The notes under the pieces: model-generated
Told to the model about the DNA's origin: nothing
What the model saw: only the letters and a program-made list of their open reading frames with translations
Databases searched by the model: none
Origin: Eledone cirrhosa
Taxonomy: Eukaryota
Length of the DNA: 64,000 bases
Direction: 5' to 3'
Assembly: GCA_964016885.1 (NCBI GenBank)
Contig: OZ024746.1
Location: 52,080,001 to 52,144,000, forward strand
Made by a program: the position numbers and the translations under genes
Part shown: positions 25,001-40,300 of the stretch, piece by piece
Position numbering within the stretch: the first letter of the stretch is position 1
How the letters are laid out: each line of letters begins with the position of its first letter

Positions 25001-28000
25001 TGGTGTATATAGGTGTGTGTTGTATGGTATGGAATTCTATGTATTGGGTATGTTATACTTAGTATGGAGTAGTGTATGGCATAGACTGGTGTATATAGGT
25101 GTGTGTTGTAGGGTATGGAATACTATGTACTGGGTATGTTATACTTTGTATGGAGTAGTGTATGGCATAGATTGGTGTATATAGGTGTGTGTTGTATGGT
25201 ATGGAATTCTATGAGTTGGGTATGTTAAATTTAGTATGGAATAGTGTATGACATAGACTGGTGTATATAGGTGTGTGTTGTAGGGTATGGAATACTATGT
25301 ACTGGGTATGTTATACTTTGTATGGAGTAGTGTATGGTATAGAATGGTGTATATAGGTGTGTGTTGTATGGTATGGAATTCTATGTATTGGTTATGTTAT
25401 ACTTAGTATGGAGTAGTGTATGGTATAGAATGGTGTATATAGGTGTGTGTTGTATGGTATGGAATTCTATGTATTGTTATATTATACTGAGTATGGAGTA
25501 GTGTATGGTATAGAATGGTGTATATAGGTGTGTGTTTTATGGTATGGAATTCTATGTATTTGTATGTTATACTTAGTATGGAGTAGTGTATGGTATAGAA
25601 TGGTGTATATAGGTGTGTGTTGTATGGTATGGAATTCTATGTATTAGGTATGTTATACTGAGTATGGAGTAGTGTATGGTATAGAATGTTGTATATAGGT
25701 GTGTGTTGTATGGTATAGAATTCTATGAATTGGGTATGTTATATTTAGTATGGAGTAGTGTATGGTATAGAATGGTGTATATAGGTGTGTCTTGTATGGT
25801 ATGGAATTCTATGTATTGGGTATGTTATACTTTGAATAGAGTAGTGTATGGTATATAATAGTATATATAGGTGTGTGTTGTATGGTATGGAATGCTATGT
25901 ATTGGGTATGTTATACTTTGTATGGAGGAGTGTATGGTAAGGAATGGTGTATATAGGTGTGTGTTGTATGGTATGGAATTATATGTATTGGGTATGTTAT
26001 ACTTAGTATGGTGTAGTGTATGGTATAGAATGGTGTATACAGGTGTGTGTTGTATGGTATGGAATTCTTTGTATTGGTTATGTTATACTTAGTATGGAGT
26101 AGTGTATGGTATAGACTGGTGTATATAGGTGTGTGTTGTATGGTATGGAATGCTATGTATTGGGTATGTTATACTTAGTATGGAGTAGAGTATGGTATAG
26201 AATGGTGTATATAGGTGTGTGTAGTATGGTATGGAATTCTATGTATTGGGTATGTTATATTAGTATGGAGTAGTGTATGGTATAGTATAGTGTATATAGG
26301 TGTGTCTTGTATGGTAAGGAATTCTATGTATTGGGTATGTTATACTTTGAATAGAGTAGTGTATGGTATAGAATGGTGTATATAGGTGTGTGTTGTATGG
26401 TATGGAATTCTATGTATTGGGTATGTTATACTTAGTATGGAGTAGTGTATGGCATAGATTGGTGTATATAGGTGTGTGTTGTATGGTATGGAATTCTATG
26501 AGTTGGGTATGTTAAATTTAGTATGGAATAGTGTATGACATGGACTGGTGTATATAGGTGTGTGTTGCATGGTATCGAATTCTATGTATTGGGTATGTTA
26601 TACTTTGTATGGAGTAGTGTATGGTATAGAATGGTGTATATAGGTGTGTGTTGTATGGTATGGAATTCTATGTATTGGTTATGTTATACTTAGTATGGAG
26701 TAGTGTATGGTATAGAATGGTGTATATAGGTGTGTGTTGTATGGTATGGAATTCTATGTATTGGTTATGTTATACTTAGTATGGAGTAGTGTATGGTATA
26801 GAATGGTGTATATAGGTGTGTCTTGTATGGTAAGGAATTCTATGTATTGGGTATTTTATACTTTGAATAGAGTAGTGTATGGTATAGAATGGTGTATATA
26901 GATGTGTGTTGTATGGTATGGAATTCTATGTATTGGGTATGTTATACTTAATATGGAGTAGTGTATGCTATAGAATGCTGTATATATGTGTGTGTTGTAT
27001 GGTATGGAATTCTATGTATTGGGTATGTTATACTTTGTATGGATTAGTGTATCGTATAGAATGGTGTATATAGGTGTGTGTTGTATGGTATGGAATTCTA
27101 TGTATTACGTATGTTATACTGAGTATGGAGTAGTGTATGGTATAGAATGGTGTATATAGGTGTGTGTTGTATGGTATGGAATTCTATGAATTGGGTATGT
27201 TATATTTAGTATGGAGTAGTGTATGGTATAGAATGGTGTATATAGGTTTGTCTTGTATGGTATGGAATTCTATGTATTGGGTATGTTATACTTTGTATGG
27301 AGTAGTGTATGGTATAGAATGGTGTATATAGGTGTGTGTTGTATGGTATCGAATTCTATGTATTGGTTATGTTATACTATGTATGGAGTAGTGTATGGTA
27401 TAGAATGGTGTATATAGGTGTGTGTTGTATAGTATGGAATTCTATGTATTGGGTATGTTATACTTAGTATGGAGTAGTGTATGGTATAGAATGGTGTATA
27501 TAGGTGTGTTGTATGGTATGGAATTCTATGTATTGGGTATGTTATACTGAGTATGGAGTAGTGTATGGTATAGAATGGTGTATATAGGTGTGTGTTGTAT
27601 GGTATGGAATTCTATGTATTGGGTATGTTATATATTGTATGGTGTAGTGTATGGTATAGAATGGTGTATATAGGTGTGTGTTGTATGGTATGGAATTCTA
27701 TGTATCGTTATGTTATATTTAGAATGGAGTAGTGTATGGTATAGAATGGTGTATATAGGTGTGTGTTGTACGGTATGGAATTCTATGTATTGGGTATGTT
27801 ATACTTAGTATGGAGTAGTGTATGGCATAGAATGGTGTATATAGGTGTGTATGGTATGGTATGGAATTATATGTATTGTGTATGTTATACTTTGTATGGA
27901 GTAGTGTATGGTATAGAATGGTGTATATGGGTGTGTGTTGTATGGTATGGAATTCTATGTATTGGGTATGTTATACTTTGTATGGAGTAGTGTATGGTAT

Positions 28001-28850
28001 AGAATGGTGTATATAGATGTGTGTTGTATGGTATGGAATTCTATGTATTAGGTATGTTATACTGAGTATGGAGTAGTGTATGGTATAGAATGGTGTATAT
28101 AGGTGTGTGTTGTATGGTATGGAATTCTATGTTTTAGTATGTTATACTGAATATGGAGTAGTGTATGGTATAGAATGGTGTATATAGGTGTGTGTTGTAT
28201 GGTATGGAATTCTATGAATTGGGTATGTTATATTTAGTATAGAGTAGTGTATGGTATCGACTGGTGTATATAGGTGAGTGTTGTATGGTATGGAATTCTA
28301 TGTATTGGTTATGTTATATTTAGTATGGAGTAGTCTATGGCATAGAATGGTGTATATAGGTGTGTGTTGTATGGTATGGAATGCTATGTATTGGGTATGT
28401 TATACTTTGTATGGAGTAGTGTATGGTATAGAATGGTGTATATAGGTGTGTGTTGTATGGTGTGGAATTCTATGTATTGGGTATGTTATACTTAGTATGG
28501 TGTAGTGTATGGTATAGAATGGTGTATACAGGTGTGTGTTGTATGGTATGGAATTCTATGTATTGGTTATGTTATACTTAGTATGGAGTAGTGTATGGTA
28601 TAGACTGGTGTATATAGGTGTGTGTTGTATGGTATGAAATGCTATGTATAGGGTATGTTATATTTAGTATGGAGTAGAGTATGGTATAGAATGGTGTATA
28701 TAGGTGTGTGTAGTATGTTATGGAATTCTATGTATTGGTTATGTTATATTTAGTATGGAGTAGTGTATGGCATAGAATGGTGTATATAGGTGTGTGTTGT
28801 ATGGTATGGAATTCTATGTATTGGGTATGTTATACTTAGTATGGAGTAGT

Positions 28851-28870
28851 GTATGGTATAGTATGGTATA
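28851..28870 (+). repeat. 10-bp slippage duplication (GTATGGTATA x2) producing a 96-bp monomer
   Basis: GTATGGTATA GTATGGTATA GTATGGTG is read directly; homologous monomers (e.g. ~3263, ~36325) have one copy. Confidence 0.9.
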
Positions 28871-29106
28871 GTATGGTGTATATAGGTGTGTCTTGTATGG
28901 TAAGGAATTCTATGTATTGGGTATGTTATACTTTGAATAGAGTAGTGTATGGTATAGATTGGTGTATATAGCTGTGTGTTGTATGGTATGGAATTCTATG
29001 TATTGGGTATGTTATACTTAGTATGGAGTAGTGTATGGCATAGACTGGTGTATATAGGTGTGTGTTGTAGGGTATGGAATACTATGTACTGGGTATGTTA
29101 TACTTT

Positions 29107-32100
29107 GTATGGAGTAGTGTATGGCATAGATTGGTGTATATAGGTGTGTGTTGTATGGTATGGAATTCTATGAGTTGGGTATGTTAAATTTAGTATGGAA
29201 TAGTGTATGACATAGACTGGTGTATATAGGTGTGTGTTGTAGAGTATGGAATACTATGTACTGGGTATGTTATACTTTGTATGGAGTAGTGTATGGCATA
29301 GATTGGTGTATATAGGTGTGTGTTGTATGGTCTGTAATTATATGAGTTGGGTATGTTAAATTTAGTATGGAATAGTGTATGACATAGACTGGTGTATATA
29401 GGTGTGTGTTGCATGGTATCGAATTCTATGTATTGGTTATGTTATACTTTGTATGGAGTAGTGTATGGTATAGAATGGTGTATATAGGTGTGTGTTGTAT
29501 GGTATGGGATTCTATGTATTGGTTATGTTATACTTAGTATGCAGTAGTGTATGGTATAGAATGGTGTATATAGGTGTGTGTTGTATGGTATGGAATTCTA
29601 TGTATTTGTATGTTATACTTAGTATGGAGTAGTGTATGGTATAGACTGGTGTATATAGGTGTGTGTTGTATGGTATGGAATGCTATGTATTGGGTATGTT
29701 ATACTTAGTATGGAGTAGAGTATGGTATAGAATGGTGTATATAGGTGTGTGTAGTATGGTATGGAATTCTATGTATTGGTTATGTTATATTTAGTATGGA
29801 GTAGTGTATGGCATAGAATGGTGTATATAGGTGTGTGTTGTATGGTACGGAATTCTATGTATTGGGTATGTTATATTAGTATGGAGTAGTGTATGGTATA
29901 GTATGGTGTATATAGGTGTGTCTTGTATGGTAAGGAATTCTATGTATTGGGTATGTTATACTTTGAATAGAGTAGTGTATGGTATAGACTGGTGTATATA
30001 GGTGTGTGTTGTAGGGTATGGAATGCTATGTACTGGGTATGTTATACTTTGTATGGAGTAGTGTATGGCATAGATTGGTGTATATAGGTGTGTGTTGTAT
30101 GGTATGGAATTCTATGAGTTGGGTATGCTAAATTTAGTATGGAATAGTGTATGACATAGACTGGTGTATATAGGTGTGTGTTGCATGGTATCGAATTCTA
30201 TGTATTGGGTATGTTATACTTTGTATGGAGTAGTGTATGGTATAGAATGGTGTATATAGGTGTGTGTTGTATGGTATGGAATTCTATGTATTGGTTATGT
30301 TATACTTAGTATGGAGTAGTGTATGGTATAGAATGGTGTATATAGGTGTGTCTTGTATGGTAAGGAATTCTATGTATTGGGTATGTTATACTTTGAATAG
30401 AGTAGTGTATGGTATAGAATGGTGTATATAGGTGTGTGTTGTATGGTATGGAATTCTATGTATTGTTATGTTATACTGAGTATTGAGAAGTGTATGGTAT
30501 AGAATGGTGTATATAGGTGTGTGTTGTATGGTATGGAATTCTATGTATTTGTATGTTTTACTTAGTATGGAGTAGTGTATGGCATAGAATGGTGTATATA
30601 GGTGTGTGTTGTACGGTATGGAATTCTATGTATTGGGTATGTTATACTTAGTATGGAGTAGTGTATGGTATAGAATGGTGTATATAGGTGTGTGTAGTAT
30701 GGTATGGAATTCTATGTATTAGGTATGTTATACTGAGTATGGAGTAGTGTATGGTATAGAATGGTGTATATAGGTGTGTGTTGTATGGTATAGAATTCTA
30801 TGAATTGGGTATGTTATATTTAGTATGGAGTAGTGTATGGCATAGAATGGTGTATATAGGTGTGTCTGGTATGGTATGGAATTCTATGTATTGGGTATGT
30901 TATACTTTGAATAGAGTAGTGTATGGTATATAATAGTATATATAGGTGTGTGTTGTATGGTATGGAATGCTATGTATTGGGTATGTTATACTTTGTATGG
31001 AGGAGTGTATGGTAAGGAATGGTGTATATAGGTGTGTGTTGTATGGTATGGAATTATATGTATTGGGTATGTTATACTTAGTATGGTGTAGTGTATGGTA
31101 TAGAATGGTGTATACATGTGGTTTTTATGGTATGGAATTCTTTGTATTGGTTATGTTATACTTAGTATGGAGTAGTGTATGGTATAGACTGGTGTATATA
31201 GGTGTGTGTTGTATGGTATGGAATGCTATGTATTGGGTATGTTATACTTAGTATGGAGTAGAGTATGGTATAGAATGGTGTATATAGGTGTGTGTAGTAT
31301 GGTATGGAATTCTATGTATTGGGTATGTTATATTAGTATGGAGTAGTGTATGGTATAGTATGGTGTATATAGGTGTGTCTTGTATGGTAAGGAATTCTAT
31401 GTATTGGGTATGTTATACTTTGAATAGAGTAGTGTATGGTATAGAATGATGTATATAGGTGTGTGTTGTATGGTATGGAATTCTATGTATTGGGTATGTT
31501 ATACTTAGTATGGAGTAGTGTATGGCATAGATTGGTGTATATAGGTGTGTGTTGTATGGTATGGAATTCTATGAGTTGGGTATGTTAAATTTAGTATGGA
31601 ATAGTGTATGACATAGACTGGTGTATATAGGTGTGTGTTGTAGAGTATGGAATACTATGTACTGGGTATGTTATACTTTGTATGGAGTAGTGTATGGCAT
31701 AGATTGGTGTATATAGGTGTGTGTTGTATGGTCTGTAATTATATGAGTTGGGTATGTTAAATTTAGTATGGAATAGTGTATGACATAGACTGGTGTATAT
31801 AGGTGTGTGTTGCATGGTATCGAATTCTATGTATTGGTTATGTTATACTTTGTATGGAGTAGTGTATGGTATAGAATGGTGTATATAGGTGTGTGTTGTA
31901 TGGTATGGGATTCTATGTATTGGTTATGTTATACTTAGTATGCAGTAGTGTATGGTATAGAATGGTGTATATAGGTGTGTGTTGTATGGTATGGAATTCT
32001 ATGTATTTGTATGTTATACTTAGTATGGAGTAGTGTATGGTATAGACTGGTGTATATAGGTGTGTGTTGTATGGTATGGAATGCTATGTATTGGGTATGT

Positions 32101-34015
32101 TATACTTAGTATGGAGTAGAGTATGGTATAGAATGGTGTATATAGGTGTGTGTAGTATGGTATGGAATTCTATGTATTGGTTATGTTATATTTAGTATGG
32201 AGTAGTGTATGGCATAGAATGGTGTATATAGGTGTGTGTTGTATGGTACGGAATTCTATGTATTGGGTATGTTATATTAGTATGGAGTAGTGTATGGTAT
32301 AGTATGGTGTATATAGGTGTGTCTTGTATGGTAAGGAATTCTATGTATTGGGTATGTTATACTTTGAATAGAGTAGTGTATGGTATAGACTGGTGTATAT
32401 AGGTGTGTGTTGTAGGGTATGGAATGCTATGTACTGGGTATGTTATACTTTGTATGGAGTAGTGTATGGCATAGATTGGTGTATATAGGTGTGTGTTGTA
32501 TGGTATGGAATTCTATGAGTTGGGTATGCTAAATTTAGTATGGAATAGTGTATGACATAGACTGGTGTATATAGGTGTGTGTTGCATGGTATCGAATTCT
32601 ATGTATTGGGTATGTTATACTTTGTATGGAGTAGTGTATGGTATAGAATGGTGTATATAGGTGTGTGTTGTATGGTATGGAATTCTATGTATTGGTTATG
32701 TTATACTTAGTATGGAGTAGTGTATGGTATAGAATGGTGTATATAGGTGTGTCTTGTATGGTAAGGAATTCTATGTATTGGGTATGTTATACTTTGAATA
32801 GAGTAGTGTATGGTATAGAATGGTGTATATAGGTGTGTGTTGTATGGTATGGAATTCTATGTATTGTTATGTTATACTGAGTATTGAGAAGTGTATGGTA
32901 TAGAATGGTGTATATAGGTGTGTGTTGTATGGTATGGAATTCTATGTATTTGTATGTTTTACTTAGTATGGAGTAGTGTATGGCATAGAATGGTGTATAT
33001 AGGTGTGTGTTGTACGGTATGGAATTCTATGTATTGGGTATGTTATACTTAGTATGGAGTAGTGTATGGTATAGAATGGTGTATATAGGTGTGTGTAGTA
33101 TGGTATGGAATTCTATGTATTAGGTATGTTATACTGAGTATGGAGTAGTGTATGGTATAGAATGGTGTATATAGGTGTGTGTTGTATGGTATAGAATTCT
33201 ATGAATTGGGTATGTTATATTTAGTATGGAGTAGTGTATGGCATAGAATGGTGTATATAGGTGTGTCTGGTATGGTATGGAATTCTATGTATTGGGTATG
33301 TTATACTTTGAATAGAGTAGTGTATGGTATATAATAGTATATATAGGTGTGTGTTGTATGGTATGGAATGCTATGTATTGGGTATGTTATACTTTGTATG
33401 GAGGAGTGTATGGTAAGGAATGGTGTATATAGGTGTGTGTTGTATGGTATGGAATTATATGTATTGGGTATGTTATACTTAGTATGGTGTAGTGTATGGT
33501 ATAGAATGGTGTATACATGTGGTTTTTATGGTATGGAATTCTTTGTATTGGTTATGTTATACTTAGTATGGAGTAGTGTATGGTATAGACTGGTGTATAT
33601 AGGTGTGTGTTGTATGGTATGGAATGCTATGTATTGGGTATGTTATACTTAGTATGGAGTAGAGTATGGTATAGAATGGTGTATATAGGTGTGTGTAGTA
33701 TGGTATGGAATTCTATGTATTGGGTATGTTATATTAGTATGGAGTAGTGTATGGTATAGTATGGTGTATATAGGTGTGTCTTGTATGGTAAGGAATTCTA
33801 TGTATTGGGTATGTTATACTTTGAATAGAGTAGTGTATGGTATAGAATGATGTATATAGGTGTGTGTTGTATGGTATGGAATTCTATGTATTGGGTATGT
33901 TATACTTAGTATGGAGTAGTGTATGGCATAGATTGGTGTATATAGGTGTGTGTTGTATGGTATGGAATTCTATGAGTTGGCTATGTTAAATTTAGTATGG
34001 AATAGTGTATGACAT
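29107..34015 (+). repeat. Tandem duplication of a 2,401-bp (28-monomer) block; junction within about 31508-31614
   Basis: ORF pairs 29190/31591 and 30946/33347. Private markers TCTGTAATTATATGAG, GGTATGGGATTC, TACATGTGGTTTTTATGG and AGAATGATG each seen twice, 2401 bp apart (28x86 minus 7). Confidence 0.93.
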
Positions 34016-34325
34016 GGACTGGTGTATATAGGTGTGTGTTGCATGGTATCGAATTCTATGTATTGGGTATGTTATACTTTGTATGGAGTAGTGTATGGTA
34101 TAGAATGGTGTATATAGGTGTGTGTTGTATGGTATGGAATTCTATGTATTGGTTATGTTATACTTAGTATGGAGTAGTGTATGGTATAGAATGGTGTATA
34201 TAGGTGTGTGTTGTATGGTATGGAATTCTATGTATTGGTTATGTTATACTTAGTATGGAGTAGTGTATGGTATAGAATGGTGTATATAGGTGTGTCTTGT
34301 ATGGTAAGGAATTCTATGTATTGGG

Positions 34326-37300
34326 TATGTTATACTTTGAATAGAGTAGTGTATGGTATAGAATGGTGTATATAGATGTGTGTTGTATGGTATGGAATTC
34401 TATGTATTGGGTATGTTATACTTAATATGGAGTAGTGTATGCTATAGAATGCTGTATATATGTGTGTGTTGTATGGTATGGAATTCTATGTATTGGGTAT
34501 GTTATACTTTGTATGGATTAGTGTATCGTATAGAATGGTGTATATAGGTGTGTGTTGTATGGTATGGAATTCTATGTATTACGTATGTTATACTGAGTAT
34601 GGAGTAGTGTATGGTATAGAATGGTGTATATAGGTGTGTGTTGTATGGTATGGAATTCTATGAATTGGGTATGTTATATTTAGTATGGAGTAGTGTATGG
34701 TATAGAATGGTGTATATAGGTTTGTCTTGTATGGTATGGAATTCTATGTATTGGGTATGTTATACTTTGTATGGAGTAGTGTATGGTATAGAATGGTGTA
34801 TATAGGTGTGTGTTGTATGGTATCGAATTCTATGTATTGGTTATGTTATACTATGTATGGAGTAGTGTATGGTATAGAATGGTGTATATAGGTGTGTGTT
34901 GTATAGTATGGAATTCTATGTATTGGGTATGTTATACTTAGTATGGAGTAGTGTATGGTATAGAATGGTGTATATAGGTGTGTTGTATGGTATGGAATTC
35001 TATGTATTGTGTATGTTATACTGAGTATGGAGTAGTGTATGGTATAGAATGGTGTATATAGGTGTGTGTTGTATGGTATGGAATTCTATGTATTGGGTAT
35101 GTTATATATTGTATGGTGTAGTGTATGGTATAGAATGGTGTATATAGGTGTGTGTTGTATGGTATGGAATTCTATGTATCGTTATGTTATACTTAGAATG
35201 GAGTAGTGTATGGTATAGAATGGTGTATATAGGTGTGTGTTGTACGGTATGGAATTCTATGTATTGGGTATGTTATACTTAGTATGGAGTAGTGTATGGC
35301 ATAGAATGGTGTATATAGGTGTGTGTTGTATGGTATGGAATTATATGTATTGTGTATGTTATACTTTGTATGGAGTAGTGTATGGTATAGAATGGTGTAT
35401 ATAGGTGTGTGTTGTATGGTATGGAATTCTATGTATTGGGTATGTTATACTTTGTATGGAGTAGTGTATGGTATAGAATGGTGTATATAGATGTGTGTTG
35501 TATGGTATGGAATTCTATGTATTAGGTATGTTATACTGAGTATGGAGTAGTGTATGGTATAGAATGGTGTATATAGGTGTGTGTTGTATGGTATGGAATT
35601 CTATGTTTTAGTATGTTATACTGAATATGGAGTAGTGTATGGTATAGAATGGTGTATATAGGTGTGTGTTGTATGGTATGGAATTCTATGAATTGGGTAT
35701 GTTATATTTAGTATAGAGTAGTGTATGGTATCGACTGGTGTATATAGGTGAGTGTTGTATGGTATGGAATTCTATGTATTGGTTATGTTATATTTAGTAT
35801 GGAGTAGTCTATGGCATAGAATGGTGTATATAGGTGTGTGTTGTATGGTATGGAATGCTATGTATTGGGTATGTTATACTTTGTATGGACTAGTGTATGG
35901 TATAGAATGGTGTATATAGGTGTGTGTTGTATGGTGTGGAATTCTATGTATTGGGTATGTTATACTTAGTATGGTGTAGTGTATGGTATAGAATGGTGTA
36001 TACAGGTGTGTGTTGTATGGTATGGAATTCTATGTATTGGTTATGTTATACTTAGTATGGAGTAGTGTATGGTATAGACTGGTGTATATAGGTGTGTGTT
36101 GTATGGTATGAAATGCTATGTATAGGGTATGTTATATTTAGTATGGAGTAGAGTATGGTATAGAATGGTGTATATAGGTGTGTGTAGTATGTTATGGAAT
36201 TATATGTATTGGTTATGTTATATTTAGTATGGAGTAGTGTATGGCATAGAATGGTGTATATAGGTGTGTGTTGTATGGTATGGAATTCTATGTATTGGGT
36301 ATGTTATACTTAGTATGGTGTAGTGTATGGTATAGTATGGTGTATATAGGTGTGTCTTGTATGGTAAGGAATTCTATGTATTGGGTATGTTATACTTTGA
36401 ATAGAGTAGTGTATGGTATAGATTGGTGTATATAGCTGTGTGTTGTATGGTATGGAATTCTATGTATTGGGTATGTTATACTTAGTATGGAGTAGTGTAT
36501 GGCATAGACTGGTGTATATAGGTGTGTGTTGTAGGGTATGGAATACTATGTACTGGGTATGTTATACTTTGTATGGAGTAGTGTATGGCATAGATTGGTG
36601 TATATAGGTGTGTGTTGTATGGTATGGAATTCTATGAGTTGGGTATGTTAAATTTAGTATGGAATAGTGTATGACATAGACTGGTGTATATAGGTGTGTG
36701 TTGTAGAGTATGGAATACTATGTACTGGGTATGTTATACTTTGTATGGAGTAGTGTATGGCATAGATTGGTGTATATAGGTGTGTGTTGTATGGTCTGGA
36801 ATTCTATGAGTTGGGTATGTTAAATTCAGTATGGAATAGTGTATGACATAGACTGGTGTATATAGGTGTGTGTTGCATGGTATCGAATTCTATGTATTGG
36901 TTATGTTATACTTTGTATGGAGTAGTGTATGGTATAGAATGGTGTATATAGGTGTGTGTTGTATGGTATGGAATTCTATGTATTTGTATGTTATACTTAG
37001 TATGGAGTAGTGTATGGTATAGACTGGTGTATATAGGTGTGTGTTGTATGGTATGGAATGCTATGTATTGGGTATGTTATACTTAGTATGGAGTAGAGTA
37101 TGGTATAGAATGGTGTATATAGGTGTGTGTAGTATGGTATGGAATTCTATGTATTGGTTATGTTATATTTAGTATGGAGCAGTGTATGGCATAGAATGGT
37201 GTATATAGGTGTGTGTTGTATGGTACGGAATTCTATGTATTGGGTATGTTATATTAGTATGGAGTAGTGTATGGTATAGTATGGTGTATATAGGTGTGTC

Positions 37301-40300
37301 TTGTATGGTAAGGAATTCTATGTATTGGGTATGTTATACTTTGAATAGAGTAGTGTATGGTATAGACTGGTGTATATAGGTGTGTGTTGTAGGGTATGGA
37401 ATGCTATGTACTGGGTATGTTATACTTTGTATGGAGTAGTGTATGGCATAGATTGGTGTATATAGGTGTGTGTTGTATGGTATGGAATTCTATGAGTTGG
37501 GTATGCTAAATTTAGTATGGAATAGTGTATTACATAGACTGGTGTATATAGGTGTGTGTTGCATGGTATCGAATTCTATGTATTGGGTATGTTATACTTT
37601 GTATGGAGTAGTGTATGGTATAGAATGGTGTATATAGGTGTGTGTTGTATGGTATGGAATTCTATGTATTGGTTATGTTATACTTAGTATGGAGTAGTGT
37701 ATGGTATAGAATGGTGTATATAGGTGTGTCTTGTATGGTAAGGAATTCTATGTATTGGGTATGTTATACTTTGAATAGAGTAGTGTATGGTATAGAATGG
37801 TGTATATAGGTGTGTGTTGTATGGTATGGAATTCTATGTATTGTTATGTTATACTGAGTATTGAGAAGTGTATGGTATAGAATGGTGTATATAGGTGTGT
37901 GTTGTATGGTATGGAATTCTATGTATTTGTATGTTTTACTTAGTATGGAGTAGTGTATGGCATAGAATGGTGTATATAGGTGTGTGTTGTACGGTATGGA
38001 ATTCTATGTATTGGGTATGTTATACTTAGTATGGAGTAGTGTATGGTATAGAATGGTGTATATAGGTGTGTGTAGTATGGTATGGAATTCTATGTATTAG
38101 GTATGTTATACTGAGTATGGAGTAGTGTATGGTATAGAATGGTGTATATAGGTGTGTGTTGTATGGTATAGAATTCTATGAATTGGGTATGTTATATTTA
38201 GTATGGAGTAGTGTATGGCATAGAATGGTGTATATAGGTGTGTCTTGTATGGTATGGAATTCTGTATTGGGTATGTTATACTTTGAATAGAGTAGTGTAT
38301 GGTATATAATAGTATATATAGGTGTGTGTTGTATGGTATGGAATGCTATGTATTGGGTATGTTATACTTTGTATGGAGGAGTGTATGGTATAGAATGGTG
38401 TATATAGGTGTGTGTTGTATGGTATGGAATTATATGTATTGGGTATGTTATACTTAGTATGGTGTAGTGTATGGTATAGAATGGTGTATACAGGTGTGTG
38501 TTGTATGGTATGGAATTCTTTGTATTGGTTATGTTATACTTAGTATGGAGTAGTGTATGGTATAGACTGGTGTATATAGGTGTGTGTTGTATGGTATGGA
38601 ATGCTATGTATTGGGTATGTTATACTTAGTATGGAGTAGAGTATGGTATAGAATGGTGTATATAGGTGTGTGTAGTATGGTATGGAATTCTATGAATTGG
38701 GTATTTTAAATTTAGTATGGAATAGTGTATGACATAGGCTGGTGTATATAGGTGTGTGTTGCATGGTATCGAATTCTATGTATTGGGTATGTTATACTTT
38801 GTATGGAGTAGTGTATGGTATAGAATGGTGTATATAGGTGTGTGTTGTATGGTATGGAATTCTATGTATTGGTTATGTTATACTTAGTATGGAGTAGTGT
38901 ATGGTATAGTATGGTGTATATAGGTGTGTCTTGTATGGTAAGGAATTCTATGTATTGGGTATGTTATACTTTGAATAGAGTAGTGTATGGTATAGAATGG
39001 TGTATATAGATGTGTGTTGTATGGTATGGAATTCTATGTATTGGGTATGTTATACTTAATATGGAGTAGTGTATGCTATAGAATGCTGTATATATGTGTG
39101 TGTTGTATGGTATGGAATTCTATGTATTGGGTATGTTATACTTTGTATGGATTAGTGTATCGTATAGAATGGTGTATATAGGTATGTGTTGTATGGTATG
39201 GAATTCTATGTATTAGGTATGTTATACTGAGTATGGATTAGTGTATGGTATAGAATGGTGTATATAGGTGTGTGTTGTATGGTATGGAATTATATGTATT
39301 ACGTATGTTATACTGAGTATGGAGTAGTGTATGGTATAGAATGGTGTATATAGGTGTGTGTTGTATGGTATGGAATTCTATGAATTGGGTATGTTATACT
39401 TAGTATGGAGTAGTGTATGGTATAGAATGGTGTATATAGGTGTGTGTTGTATGGTATCGAATTCTATGTATTGGTTATGTTATACTATGTATGGAGTAGT
39501 GTATGGTATAGAATGGTGTATATAGGTGTGTGTTGTATGGTATGGAATTCTATGTATTGGGTATGTTATACTTAGTATGGAGTAGTGTATGGTATAGAAT
39601 GGTGTATATAGGTGTGTGTTGTATGGTATGGAATTCTATGTATTGGGTATGTTATACTGAGTATGGAGTAGTGTATGGTATAGAATGGTGTATATAGGTG
39701 TGTGTTGTATGGTATGGAATTCTATGTATTGGGTATGTTATATTTTGTATGGTGTAGTGTATGGTATAGAATGGTGTATATAGGTGTGTGTTGTATGGTA
39801 TGGAATTCTATGTATCGTTATGTTATACTTTGAATAGAGTAGTGTATGGTATAGAATGGTGTATATAGATGTGTGTTGTATGGTATGGAATTCTATGTAT
39901 TGGGTATGTTATACTTAATATGGAGTAGTGTATGCTATAGAATGCTGTATATATGTGTGTGTTGTATGGTATGGAATTCTATGTATTGGGTATGTTATAC
40001 TTTGTATGGATTAGTGTATCGTATAGAATGGTGTATATAGGTGTGTGTTGTATGGTATGGAATTCTATGTATTACGTATGTTATACTGAGTATGGAGTAG
40101 TGTATGGTATAGAATGGTGTATATAGGTGTGTGTTGTATGGTATGGAATTCTATGAATTGGGTATGTTATATTTAGTATGGAGTAGTGTATGGTATAGAA
40201 TGGTGTATATAGGTTTGTCTTGTATGGTATGGAATTCTATGTATTGGGTATGTTATACTTTGTATGGAGTAGTGTATGGTATAGAATGGTGTATATAGGT

